Assembly (NCBI GenBank): GCA_018897195.1
Contig: JAHILH010000003.1
Span: 431-64,430, forward strand
Source of the DNA: Patescibacteria group bacterium
Lineage (GTDB): Bacteria > Patescibacteriota > Patescibacteriia > Patescibacteriales > UBA12075
DNA: 64,000 nucleotides
Direction of reading: 5' to 3'
The notes under the pieces are model-generated. The model was not told where the DNA came from, made no database searches, and worked only from the letters and a program-made list of their open reading frames with translations. Below, in pieces: positions 16,768 to 25,990 of this stretch. The translations under genes and the position numbers were made by a program. Position 1 is the stretch's first letter. Every line of letters begins with the position of its first letter.

Positions 16768-19233
16768 ATGAATTTCAATAAAAACCAACAAGAAATAATC
16801 GATAACATCAACGGCGCTTATTTAATTTCCGCACCAGTAGGAACGGGAAAGACGACTGTTCTGACCGAGCGGATTATTAAGGCTTTGGATTCTGGTGTGA
16901 AGCCGGAGGAGGTTTTGTGTTTGACTTTTACGAATCGGGCGGCGGAGGAGATGCGGGCGCGAATTAAAAAAAGAATCGGGGAGAAGGGGGTGTTCGAGCA
17001 ATTGTTTATCGGCACTTTTCATGCCTTTTGTGTTTATTTTATCAAGGCGGAGGCGAAGCAGATTGGGGTGGGGGCGGATTTTGTAATCCTTGACGAGGAT
17101 GAGCAGTTTGAGATTTTTAAAAATATTTTAGACAAGAAAGAGAATGTGATGCTCCTGGGCAAGAATGAGAAGCGGGAGACTTTGGATTTGATTGAGCGGA
17201 TTTATAAGCGACGCTTGGCGCGCTTGGAGATTATGATTGGTTGTCAGGTGCCGGCCGTGGAAGAGGATCGGAATTTGGATGAGTTGGAACAGATGTATAT
17301 TCAAGAGTTGGAAAACCAGAATGCCTTTGATTTTAACGAGTTGGTCTTGCTGACTTTACGGTCTTTGTATTTTGATATACGTTTGAAAAATAAATGGGCG
17401 CAGAAGTTTAAGTTGATTCAGTTGGATGAGTTTCAAGATACGCATTTGTCGGAGTATTTGGTGATTAAAGAATTAGCAAAGCAACATAAGAATGTGGCAT
17501 TAATCGGCGACTTGGATCAGACAATTTATTCTTGGCGTGGGAGTGAGCCGTTTTTTATTGCCAGTCTGTTTAAATCACATTTTGCACCAGTAACTGAGAT
17601 GCACCTGGAAATGAACTATCGTTTTGACCAGAATATTTTGGCGGCGATAAAAAGTTTCTTAACTAGCATGGAAGGACGGACGACGAAGAATATTGAGAGT
17701 GACCGATTGGATGATGGTGAGAAAAAATGTATCAAGGTTTTTGGAGGCTATAATCTGGCTGAAGAAGCGGGTTGGGTGATTGATCGGATTAAGAACATTC
17801 GGGAAGAAGATGAAGGCGCAAGCGTGGCGGTGTTGGCACGCTCGAATTTTGTGATAAATAAATTGGCTGATGTTTTTACGGAAAAAAAGATGGCGCACAT
17901 GACGGTTGATAAATATGATTTTTTCCGCCGCCAAGAAGTGAAGGATGTCTTTGCGTATTTGAAAATTTTGTTTAATAAATATGATCTCGAAAGTGCGTAT
18001 CGCATTGTGACGCGACCAGCGCGCAATATTGGTGAGGTGACCTTGAAGAAAATCCGTGAAGAGGGTGGCGCTTCAGGACTACGCGTGTCGGACTTTTTGG
18101 ATTTTAAAAATTTTAATTATCCGGAACCATTTTCTAATTTGATTAATAAATGGGAGAAGGGGCGTTTGATTGTGCTTGATACCGAAACAACTGGCATCAA
18201 TCCTTTGCGCGATGAGGTGATTCAGATTTATGCGACCGAAGTGGTTGATGGTAAACTGGGCAAGGATTTTGAATTTCTTTTGAAAAATACCAAGCCGGTT
18301 GGACTCTCTGGTGAAGTGCACGGCTTTACCGATGAGTATTTGGCTGAGAAAGGCCGTGATCCGAAAGAAGTATTGCAAGAGTTGAAAGATTTTATTGGTA
18401 ATGACATTACCATTGGACATAATGTTAATTTTGACTTGTCGATGTTGTTGGAAAATGGCAAGCGTCATGATGTCTTATTTGAATTCAAAGAATATTATGA
18501 CACGCTTGATTTGGCGCGACGCTTGGTTGAGAGTGAGAATTATAAATTGGGGACACTGGTAAAAAAATTCGGTTTGAGCCAGGCGACGCATGATGCCAAG
18601 GATGACGTGTTGGCGACGGTTGGCTTGTTGGAGGTGTTGGTGGGGAAATTGATGGTGAGTCGCACCGAGCGCGCGACTTTATTTGCGAAATTTTCCGGCA
18701 AATTTGTTAAGTTGGCTGGTGATATAAATACTTGGCAAAAAGAAATAAAAAAATTGCGTCCGGTTGACGCGCTTGATTATATCTGGGAACAGAGCGGTTT
18801 GCAAGGATTTTATAATGAACAAAAGGATAAAGATAAACGTTTGAAGTCGATTGAAGTTTTGCGTGATGTTTTTCAAACCAGAGACGACGCTGAACGACCA
18901 GCAGAGACTGTCTTGCGTGAGCTGATTAACTATGCCGCCTTGACGCGCGATATTAATTTCCTCGGCGTGGATAGTGGCAAGGTGCCAATTGTGACCGTGC
19001 ATCAAGTTAAAGGTTTAGAATTTGATTACGTCTTTGTCGTTGGCCTGAACGAATTTAAGTTTCCGATGTATCGCTCGGATGTGGCTGAAGAAAAACGATT
19101 ATTTTATGTGGCGCTGACGCGGGCAAAGAAAAGAATTTATTTGTCATACAGTCGCTTTGATGATTACAATCGTAATCTCGCGATTAGTCCTTTTATTGGA
19201 TATTTGGATGGGGACTATATTGAGACGATATAA
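16768..19233 (+). CDS. UvrD/PcrA-family SF1 helicase with a DnaQ-like DEDDh 3'-5' exonuclease domain nested in the C-terminal half
   Basis: Helicase motifs APVGTGKT, LTFTNRAAEEM, LDEFQDT, GDLDQTIYSWRG, NYRF, VHQVKGLEFDYVF, YVALTRAKK. Between them lie LIVLDTETTG, HNVNFDLSML and HDAKDDV (the Exo I/II/III motifs). Confidence 0.85.
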   Translation: MNFNKNQQEIIDNINGAYLISAPVGTGKTTVLTERIIKALDSGVKPEEVLCLTFTNRAAEEMRARIKKRIGEKGVFEQLFIGTFHAFCVYFIKAEAKQIGVGADFVILDEDEQFEIFKNILDKKENVMLLGKNEKRETLDLIERIYKRRLARLEIMIGCQVPAVEEDRNLDELEQMYIQELENQNAFDFNELVLLTLRSLYFDIRLKNKWAQKFKLIQLDEFQDTHLSEYLVIKELAKQHKNVALIGDLDQTIYSWRGSEPFFIASLFKSHFAPVTEMHLEMNYRFDQNILAAIKSFLTSMEGRTTKNIESDRLDDGEKKCIKVFGGYNLAEEAGWVIDRIKNIREEDEGASVAVLARSNFVINKLADVFTEKKMAHMTVDKYDFFRRQEVKDVFAYLKILFNKYDLESAYRIVTRPARNIGEVTLKKIREEGGASGLRVSDFLDFKNFNYPEPFSNLINKWEKGRLIVLDTETTGINPLRDEVIQIYATEVVDGKLGKDFEFLLKNTKPVGLSGEVHGFTDEYLAEKGRDPKEVLQELKDFIGNDITIGHNVNFDLSMLLENGKRHDVLFEFKEYYDTLDLARRLVESENYKLGTLVKKFGLSQATHDAKDDVLATVGLLEVLVGKLMVSRTERATLFAKFSGKFVKLAGDINTWQKEIKKLRPVDALDYIWEQSGLQGFYNEQKDKDKRLKSIEVLRDVFQTRDDAERPAETVLRELINYAALTRDINFLGVDSGKVPIVTVHQVKGLEFDYVFVVGLNEFKFPMYRSDVAEEKRLFYVALTRAKKRIYLSYSRFDDYNRNLAISPFIGYLDGDYIETI

Positions 19234-19243
19234 AATTTACCAA

Positions 19244-19279
19244 TAAAAAAATCTCATAAGCAATTATGAGATTTTTTTA
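19244..19279. terminator. Bidirectional intrinsic terminator between convergent helicase and lipoprotein genes
   Basis: aaaaaaatctcataa-gcaa-ttatgagattttttt. Confidence 0.75.
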
Positions 19280-19292
19280 TTTGAGACAGTGA

Positions 19293-19586
19293 TTATTGTT
19301 GAGTTGGTTCTTCAGCGCTTCCAGTGTCAGTAGCGCCGTCCATTGGCACTTCTTCTTGGCTAGAACCAACTTCTTCATCCATTGGTAAGCCAGCTTCGCC
19401 ATCACCTGGTGTTGTTACATCTGCTTCTCCAGTTTCATTGGTGGTAGTTGCTGCTATTGGATCAGCGTCTAATACTTGAAAACCACCTTGTTGTTCAGCG
19501 GGGGCATTTTTGGCGTCATCAGTTTTACTAGCGCAACCGGTTAACAATATAAGCACGGCGCTCAAGATAGCAATTTCTTTTTTCAT
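19293..19586 (-). CDS. Acidic low-complexity lipoprotein
   Basis: 97 aa. Signal peptide ending in the lipobox LLTGC. The mature part is Asp/Glu/Thr/Gly-rich. Confidence 0.55.
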   Translation of the reverse strand: MKKEIAILSAVLILLTGCASKTDDAKNAPAEQQGGFQVLDADPIAATTTNETGEADVTTPGDGEAGLPMDEEVGSSQEEVPMDGATDTGSAEEPTQQ

Positions 19587-19688
19587 TAGATTGTTTATTT
19601 TTCGATACTCAAAATGAGAATATCAAAAAATTTATTATATTTATAAAGATGTTCTCATTCTATCATATTCGATTTTGGAGAGCAAGAT

Positions 19689-20720
19689 TTAATCAACAAC
19701 TGGATATTTCATAATTTCTTCTAAGAATTCATCCAAGTTTACAGAGGCAACCGCGATATTGGTATCAGCAGTGCCGTAATAGATATAGAGACGATCGTCA
19801 AAGATGGCAGTGCCGGTAGGAAAGGTGACATCGCTCACTGTGCCGTTTGTTTCATACTTCTTAGTTGGCACCATAAATGGTTTTGGGAGACGGGCAATGA
19901 CGTGAGTTGGATTATCGATTTTGAGAATACAAGCGCCGGCGCTATAGATGCGGCCGTCATTTGATTCGCCAACACCGTGGTAAATGAGTAACCAACCATA
20001 TTTAGTTCGGATTGGTGGACAGCCACCACCAACATGGCGATTTTCCCAACCTTGTTCTGGTTCGAGGACGACGAACTTGGAAAGTTGTTTGATATTTCTT
20101 TCCCAATATTCTTTGGTTTTTAAAAAATAAATATGTTTGGCAGGCGCAATCTGAGTGTCAGGTAAAATGCGATGCATGAAAACATATTTGTTTTTGATTT
20201 TTTCCGGAAAGAAAAAACCGTCTTTGTCCCAGACTGTTACGTCTTCGCCGACGTAGTCAGTGTAGTATGATTTAAAAGTATAATAGTCGTCTTTTAATTT
20301 ACTGAAGCCGAATAATTTACCCACGCGGTTATAGGAAAGCTGTGGCGAAATGATGCCTCCTTTTTTGAGGTGGAATAAATCCTTACCCGAGGAATAAGCA
20401 GTCATGGCATTTTTACCATCATGCACGACATAGGTCATATAAACTAAATCGTTTATTTTGACCAAGCGCGGATCTTCAATGCCCATTTTTTCGTAGTTGA
20501 AATGAGGATACATAAAAGGCTTGGTCCAGCGTTCAACAACCTTCATCGGTCCTTCAAGACGCGCATAACCAAGACAGGACTTATTATTTTCATCAATGGC
20601 GCGATAGACCATGTGTACGGTATTGCCCTCTTGGAGAATGCCGGGATTAAAAACTGATTTGTTTTCGAATTCCAGGTTTGTTGGTCTGAGTATAACTCCT
20701 TCTTTTTTGACTTCTAGCAT
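19689..20720 (-). CDS. GH130-family glycoside phosphorylase/hydrolase (second paralog)
   Basis: 343 aa. VFNPGILQEGNTVHMVYRAID, EDPRLVKINDLVYMTY, YHGV...YSAGA. Same family signature as 13348-14403. Confidence 0.7.
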   Translation of the reverse strand: MLEVKKEGVILRPTNLEFENKSVFNPGILQEGNTVHMVYRAIDENNKSCLGYARLEGPMKVVERWTKPFMYPHFNYEKMGIEDPRLVKINDLVYMTYVVHDGKNAMTAYSSGKDLFHLKKGGIISPQLSYNRVGKLFGFSKLKDDYYTFKSYYTDYVGEDVTVWDKDGFFFPEKIKNKYVFMHRILPDTQIAPAKHIYFLKTKEYWERNIKQLSKFVVLEPEQGWENRHVGGGCPPIRTKYGWLLIYHGVGESNDGRIYSAGACILKIDNPTHVIARLPKPFMVPTKKYETNGTVSDVTFPTGTAIFDDRLYIYYGTADTNIAVASVNLDEFLEEIMKYPVVD

Positions 20721-20860
20721 TTGTTTATGGACTGGACGCTTAGATAGCTAGAAAACTAGACAGCTAGACGCGTCAGGATATTTATTTCCCCCTTATTCTT
20801 ATTATTTAAATTATAGCAGAAAATTATTAATCTTGAAAGTTTTTTGTTTTTTTTGATAAA

Positions 20861-20896
20861 AAAAACAGTCCCGAGCACTCGGGACTGTTTTTTATT
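20861..20896 (-). terminator. Intrinsic terminator downstream of rpmB (symmetrical A/T flanks)
   Basis: aaaaaacagtcccgag-cac-tcgggactgtttttt. The stem core cccgagcactcggg resembles the palindrome inside the 2945-3136 element. Confidence 0.7.
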
Positions 20897-20906
20897 TGAA
20901 GAAATT

Positions 20907-21077
20907 TTATTCTTTATTGATAGTCTTGATACATTTAGTACAAACATCAGTTTTTTTGCCGTCAATTTTCTTGCTTTGCAAATTAATATATTGGCGCTTG
21001 ATAGTTTTGATATTTGAGTGTGATCTCTGAGCATCTTTTTGCGGCCCACGTCCGCATATTTCACATTTTGTAGCCAT
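20907..21077 (-). CDS. rpmB: 50S ribosomal protein L28 (Zn-ribbon C+ form); too short for the ORF track
   Basis: Hand translation of the minus strand: MATKCEICGRGPQKDAQRSHSNIKTIKRQYINLQSKKIDGKKTDVCTKCIKTINKE (56 aa). This matches the L28 pattern M..C..CGK.P..G...SHS...T.R...NLQ. The 118-aa track ORF 20756-21112 is in another frame. Confidence 0.85.
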   Translation of the reverse strand: MATKCEICGRGPQKDAQRSHSNIKTIKRQYINLQSKKIDGKKTDVCTKCIKTINKE

Positions 21078-21218
21078 AGCTTTTTATAATAAAAATAAAT
21101 AAAAAAAATCAATATTTGCCGTAATCGGTTATTGATGATAAAACTTTATCACATTTTGTATTTTTTTGCAAGATGTGATAATATAGGGGTTATAATAAAT
21201 AATTTATTAGATAATTCT

Positions 21219-21821
21219 ATGGAAATTGCTATATTTCAAATCATTGTTTTGATATTTTCCGCTATCTTTCACGAATATATGCATGGGTGGATGGCGAATG
21301 AGTTGGGGGACTCGACAGCTAAGGACGCTGGTCGTTTGACCATGAACCCTTTGTCACATATTGATCCAGTCGGCTCAGTGCTTTTGCCGGCGGTTTTGGT
21401 GATGACTGGCTCTCCATTTGTGTTTGGTTGGGCTAAACCAGTGCCATTTAATCCTTATAATCTAAGCGATAAAAAATATGGCGCTGCCAAGGTGGCGATA
21501 GCCGGACCATTGGGAAATCTTATGATAGCGATATTTTTTGGCCTAGTGTTGCGTTTTTTCCCGATTGCCTCAATGGCCATGGTGAGTTTTATGCAATTGA
21601 TAGTTTATATTAATCTTTTGTTAATGGTGTTTAATCTTGTGCCGATACCACCAATGGACGGATCCAAGGTCTTAATGCCGTTTTTGCCATATAATTGGCA
21701 GGTAAAATATGCCAGTCTGGAAAGATACGGCATGATGTTGGTTTTATTTTTTGTGATGTTTGGTTTTCAGTTGATTATTCCGGTGATTGAGTTTTTGTTC
21801 AAGTTGATAGTTGGGATTTAA
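21219..21821 (+). CDS. Site-2 protease family (peptidase M50) membrane metalloprotease
   Basis: HEYMHG (HExxH) in the first TM and NLVPIPPMDG (NxxPxxxxDG) in a later TM. I placed the start at the ATG at 21219 (MEIAIFQ...), because the upstream track extension looks non-coding. Confidence 0.8.
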   Translation: MEIAIFQIIVLIFSAIFHEYMHGWMANELGDSTAKDAGRLTMNPLSHIDPVGSVLLPAVLVMTGSPFVFGWAKPVPFNPYNLSDKKYGAAKVAIAGPLGNLMIAIFFGLVLRFFPIASMAMVSFMQLIVYINLLLMVFNLVPIPPMDGSKVLMPFLPYNWQVKYASLERYGMMLVLFFVMFGFQLIIPVIEFLFKLIVGI

Positions 21822-22093
21822 AACTCGTAATGATAGGAGTAGTATCGACCATTCTCTTGATCAAAACCGACTTTGGCTTCAAATCTTTTGTAACTATTGG
21901 AAAAATCCAAAGGGGAGTAGGCATTAGCTAAAGTTTTGGCCACAAAAACCCCCGAAAAAAACATCAGGGTAAAAAATAATATCAGTGAGACAATTATCGT
22001 CTTCATTAAAGTGACAGCATGGGACAATAATTTTTTAAAAACTAAGTCAAACTTAGCACTAATAAATTTTTTGTCAATGAAGAATTCTTTCAT
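21818..22093 (-). CDS. Hypothetical single-TM protein
   Basis: 91 aa with one central hydrophobic helix. Its TAA stop overlaps the TAA stop of the convergent M50 gene within TTAA (21818-21821). Confidence 0.35.
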   Translation of the reverse strand: MKEFFIDKKFISAKFDLVFKKLLSHAVTLMKTIIVSLILFFTLMFFSGVFVAKTLANAYSPLDFSNSYKRFEAKVGFDQENGRYYSYHYEF

Positions 22094-22199
22094 TAATATT
22101 GGATAAGAAAATGAAATATAGTAATCGAATTATGTAGTAGCTAATATTAGGTAATAATTCGTATTTATGTTCTTGCGGTAGATGAGTTGTATCGTGGTC

Positions 22200-22228
22200 T
22201 TGACTTATTTAAAGTTTTTTGATAAATT
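22200..22228 (+). promoter_or_regulatory. Sigma-70-type promoter for the str operon
   Basis: TTGACT (22200-22205), 17-nt spacer, TAAATT (22223-22228), with TG at -15/-14. 76 nt upstream of rpsL. Confidence 0.5.
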
Positions 22229-22304
22229 AAACAATAACATCCTGAGTTTTTATCGGGGTTGTTTTTGTTAACACATGATTTATAAAAAGTAAAAAACAGT
22301 TTTT

Positions 22305-22724
22305 ATGCCAACAATTAATCAATTAGTTCGAAAAGGAAGAACCAAAACTACAACTAAGAGCAAATTTCCAGCTTTGCAATTTACCATGGATACTCTTCAT
22401 CGTAAAAGAACTGAGTTGAAAAGAGGCGCATCTTTTAAAAGAGGTGTATGTTTGAAGGTTACAACAACAACTCCAAAGAAACCAAACTCCGCTTTACGTA
22501 AAATCGCTAGAGTTAGACTTTCTAACGGTTCAGAAGTAACAGCTTATATTCCTGGTATCGGACACAATTTACAAGAACACTCAATCGTATTACTAAAAGG
22601 TGGTAAGACAAAAGATTTGGGTGGTGTTCGTTACAAGGTAGTGCGTGGTGTTTACGATGCTCAAGGCGTTGCAAATAGAAAGCAATCCAGATCATCTTAC
22701 GGCGCTAAGCGAGAAAAGAAATAA
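22305..22724 (+). CDS. rpsL: 30S ribosomal protein S12
   Basis: [12 protein letters not shown]..., [18 protein letters not shown]. 139 aa. Confidence 0.97.
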   Translation: MPTINQLVRKGRTKTTTKSKFPALQFTMDTLHRKRTELKRGASFKRGVCLKVTTTTPKKPNSALRKIARVRLSNGSEVTAYIPGIGHNLQEHSIVLLKGGKTKDLGGVRYKVVRGVYDAQGVANRKQSRSSYGAKREKK

Positions 22725-22747
22725 TTAAAATAATTTAAACTATATAT

Positions 22748-23215
22748 ATGCGTGGAAAACAAGCACCAAAAAGAGAAATAGAAGGCGATATTAAGTATAA
22801 TGATACTGATATTTCTAAATTCATCAATTATATCATGCAAAGAGGCAAGAAAACTGTCGCGCAAGGTATTGTTTACGATGCTTTTGAAATTATCAAAGAT
22901 AAAACCAAACAAGATCCAAGACACGTCTTTAACAAGGCTTTGAAGAAAATCATGCCTTTATTGGAGGTTCGCGGCAAGCGCGTTGGTGGTGCAAACTACC
23001 AAGTTCCTTTTCAAGTAAGAGGTGAAAGAAGATTTTCTTTGGGTTGCAACTGGTTGATCGAGGCCGCTAAGGATAGAAAGGGTAAACCGATGAACGTAAA
23101 ATTGGCTGACGAAATTTTGGCAGCATCTGCTGGCGAAGGCGCAGCAGTTCGAAAGAGAGAGGCTGTACATAGAATGGCTGAAGCTAACAAGGCTTTTGCT
23201 CACTTTGCAAGATAA
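22748..23215 (+). CDS. rpsG: 30S ribosomal protein S7
   Basis: 155 aa. ...VEVRGKRVGGANYQVP..., C-terminal AEANKAFAHFAR. Confidence 0.97.
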   Translation: MRGKQAPKREIEGDIKYNDTDISKFINYIMQRGKKTVAQGIVYDAFEIIKDKTKQDPRHVFNKALKKIMPLLEVRGKRVGGANYQVPFQVRGERRFSLGCNWLIEAAKDRKGKPMNVKLADEILAASAGEGAAVRKREAVHRMAEANKAFAHFAR

Positions 23216-23266
23216 TTACCGACCTGAATTATTAATTTGATGTTTAACATTTCACATAACAAACAA

Positions 23267-23345
23267 ATACAAAAAGAACTGTAATAAATAATCAAAGCCA
23301 CGCTTTGTTGAAAACACTTATTACAGTTTTTATTGTTTAAATAAT
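23267..23345 (+). repeat. ATACAAAAAG-hairpin-TTTTAT element (long-loop variant) upstream of fusA
   Basis: atacaaaaag + aactgtaataa ... ttattacagtt + tttattgtttaaataatt. Same flanks as the second hairpin of the intercistronic modules. Confidence 0.45.
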
Positions 23346-23357
23346 TGATTTAAATTT

Positions 23358-25445
23358 ATGTCTCGAGAATACTCATTGGAAAAAACAAGAAATATAGGAA
23401 TCATGGCGCACATCGATGCTGGTAAAACTACTTTTACTGAGCGTGTGCTTTTTTATACTGGTAAAAAACATAAAATTGGTGAAACTCATGACGGTGCTGC
23501 CGACATGGATTGGATGGAACAAGAAAAAGAGCGTGGTATTACAATTACCTCAGCGGCTACAACTTGTTTCTGGAAAGACAATCGTATCAATATTATCGAC
23601 ACTCCTGGTCACGTGGACTTTACTGTAGAGGTAGAGCGTTCTTTGCGTGTGCTTGATGGTGCTGTGGCTGTATTTGACGGATCTGCTGGTGTAGAGCCAC
23701 AATCTGAAACAGTATGGAGACAAGCAGACAAGTATAATGTGCCAAGACTTTGTTTTGTAAATAAAATGGACAAGATGGGTGGTGATTTCTTTATGAGCTT
23801 GGACTCTATTCGAGATAGATTGAATGATAAGGCTGTGGCAATTCAATTGCCAATCGGTGCCGAAGACACTATGCGTGGTATTGTTGATTTAGTAACCTTG
23901 AAAGGTTATGAATTTAAGGGCGCTTCTGGTGAACAAATTATAGAAATTCCTATTCCTGATGATATGCAAGAAGTGGTGAAGAAATTTCGTGAAGAAATGC
24001 TTGACCGTGTAGTTGAATGCGATGATGCCTTGATGGAGAAATATTTAGGCGGTGAAGAAGTGACTATTGATGAATTGAAAAGAGCAATTAGAAAAGGTGT
24101 ATTGGGTAATATGATTTACCCGGTATTAGCTGGAACAGCTTTGCAAAATATTGGTGTACAGTTTGCACTTGATGCGGTAGTTGATTACTTGCCATCTCCA
24201 CTTGACGTGCCACCAATCGTAGCGACTGATCCAAATGATGCTGAACATGAGATTGAAGTAACAGCCAAGGATGATGCGCCTTTTGCGGCTTTAGCATTTA
24301 AAATTGCGACTGATCCGTTTGTGGGTAAATTATGCTTTGTGCGTGTTTACAGTGGCGTTTTACAATCCGGTTCTTATGTTTACAACTCTTCTAATGGTAA
24401 GAGAGAAAGAATTGGTCGCTTGGTAAGAATGCACGCTAACTCAAGAGAAGAAATTAAAGAAGTGCACTCTGGTGACATTGCAGCTGTAATCGGTTTAAAA
24501 GAAACAATTACTGGTCATACTTTATGTAATGAAGATAAGAAATTGGTTTTGGAGTCAATTACATTCCCAGAGCCAGTTATTAAGATTGCGGTTGAACCAA
24601 AGACAAAAGTTGATCAAGAAAAAATGGGAACAGCTTTACAAAAACTGGCTGAAGAAGATCCAACATTCCGTGTTGAAACAGATGAGGAAACAAATCAAAC
24701 TTTGATTTCCGGTATGGGTGAATTACATTTGGATATTATCGTAGATAGAATGAGACGCGAATTTGGCGTTGAAGCAAATATTGGTAAACCACAAGTATCA
24801 TATAGAGAAACAATTAGAACTACTGGCGAGGGTGAGGGTAAGCACGTGAAGCAATCCGGTGGACGTGGTCAGTATGGTCATTGTTATCTTCGTCTTGAAC
24901 CAGCTGGAGCTGGTGTTGGCAACAGCTTTGTTGATGAAACAAAGGGTGGTTCTATTCCTCGTGAATTTATTCCGGCAATTGATAAGGGTGTGAAAGAAGC
25001 TTTGGGTCGCGGTGTTATCGCTGGCTTTCCAATGGTTGATGTGAAGGTGGCCGTTACTGACGGTTCTTACCATGATGTGGATTCATCTGAAGCAGCGTTT
25101 AAGATGGCGGCGATTCTAGGGTTTAGAGAAGCGGCGAAGAACGCAGGTGCAGTATTATTGGAACCAATCATGAAAGTAGAAGTAGTAACTCCGGAAGAAT
25201 ATATGGGTAACATTGTGGGTGATTTGAATTCAAGACGTGGTCAAGTTGATAGAATGGAAGATAGAGCCAAGAGCAAGGTAATCGACGCGAAAGTGCCATT
25301 GTCTTCGATGTTTGGTTATGCAACTGAGCTTCGCTCAATGAGTCAAGGACGCGCTGCTTATTCTATGGAATTCTTGCATTATTCAGAAGCACCGAAGCAC
25401 ATTGTGGCTGAGATTGCTGGTGAGAAGGAAAAGGAGAAGAAATAA
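23358..25445 (+). CDS. fusA: Elongation factor G
   Basis: 695 aa. [22 protein letters not shown]-domain motifs and the domain IV/V pattern. Confidence 0.97.
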   Translation: MSREYSLEKTRNIGIMAHIDAGKTTFTERVLFYTGKKHKIGETHDGAADMDWMEQEKERGITITSAATTCFWKDNRINIIDTPGHVDFTVEVERSLRVLDGAVAVFDGSAGVEPQSETVWRQADKYNVPRLCFVNKMDKMGGDFFMSLDSIRDRLNDKAVAIQLPIGAEDTMRGIVDLVTLKGYEFKGASGEQIIEIPIPDDMQEVVKKFREEMLDRVVECDDALMEKYLGGEEVTIDELKRAIRKGVLGNMIYPVLAGTALQNIGVQFALDAVVDYLPSPLDVPPIVATDPNDAEHEIEVTAKDDAPFAALAFKIATDPFVGKLCFVRVYSGVLQSGSYVYNSSNGKRERIGRLVRMHANSREEIKEVHSGDIAAVIGLKETITGHTLCNEDKKLVLESITFPEPVIKIAVEPKTKVDQEKMGTALQKLAEEDPTFRVETDEETNQTLISGMGELHLDIIVDRMRREFGVEANIGKPQVSYRETIRTTGEGEGKHVKQSGGRGQYGHCYLRLEPAGAGVGNSFVDETKGGSIPREFIPAIDKGVKEALGRGVIAGFPMVDVKVAVTDGSYHDVDSSEAAFKMAAILGFREAAKNAGAVLLEPIMKVEVVTPEEYMGNIVGDLNSRRGQVDRMEDRAKSKVIDAKVPLSSMFGYATELRSMSQGRAAYSMEFLHYSEAPKHIVAEIAGEKEKEKK

Positions 25446-25468
25446 ATCATAATCCAGAATTAAATAAT

Positions 25469-25978
25469 ATGCATAGTCAATTACAGAGAGCTATAAATAT
25501 TGCAAAAAAAACTGGCGATAAATTAATTGTCATTGATTCTCGTGAACCGGAAAATTCTTATGTTCTGATTCCTTTTGATGAATATGAACGTGATTTGGAA
25601 GCCAGTAATTGTAATTGCTGCGAAGATGAGGAATATTACAGTGAGGATGAAAATGCCGAAGAGGACGAAAAAATTGATTTCGACAATGATTATGAGGGTG
25701 AAAATGATTTTTATGCCCCGGTCGACAACCACTTGACAGAAGAGGAGCGAATTGATAAAATAAATCGCGACCTCTCAATTTCGAAAGAGGATAATTTGTC
25801 AAACGAAAGCGATTTTGATAAAATGAATTTTTTGGAAGGTAATTTTGACCGACGTGTGGATTTTTCCGAAGAGCATAGTGGTAAAAGTGGACATTGGAGT
25901 ATCCCAAAGAATATTAAAGAGGTAGCCGAGGAGGTGATTGAAGAAGATAGACACTATTTAGAGGAAATAACTTTTTAA
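25469..25978 (+). CDS. Hypothetical highly acidic protein inserted between fusA and tuf
   Basis: 169 aa. A ~40-aa N-terminal globular-looking segment, then Asp/Glu/Asn-rich low complexity including CNCCEDEEYY. Starts 23 nt after the fusA stop. Confidence 0.5.
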   Translation: MHSQLQRAINIAKKTGDKLIVIDSREPENSYVLIPFDEYERDLEASNCNCCEDEEYYSEDENAEEDEKIDFDNDYEGENDFYAPVDNHLTEEERIDKINRDLSISKEDNLSNESDFDKMNFLEGNFDRRVDFSEEHSGKSGHWSIPKNIKEVAEEVIEEDRHYLEEITF

Positions 25979-25990
25979 AATAAAAGTTTT

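Noticed and set aside
20721-20790. tagatagctagaaaactagacagctagac, a short direct/inverted repeat cluster upstream of the second GH130 gene
   Set aside because: It occurs only once, with weak pairing (5-bp GACGC/GCGTC stem). That is not enough to call an operator or a structured element.
21132-21218. N-terminal 29 codons of the track ORF for the M50 protease, and a TTGCAA...TATAAT promoter candidate (21166-21196)
   Set aside because: The upstream codons look non-coding (AT-rich, no homology pattern). The promoter candidate has a 19-nt spacer, so I did not report it as a feature.
22380-22440. Apparent ~14-aa insertion in S12 between PAL and KRGVC relative to E. coli
   Set aside because: B. 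subtilis-type S12 proteins have a comparably long segment at this position. It is a known length polymorphism, not a novelty.
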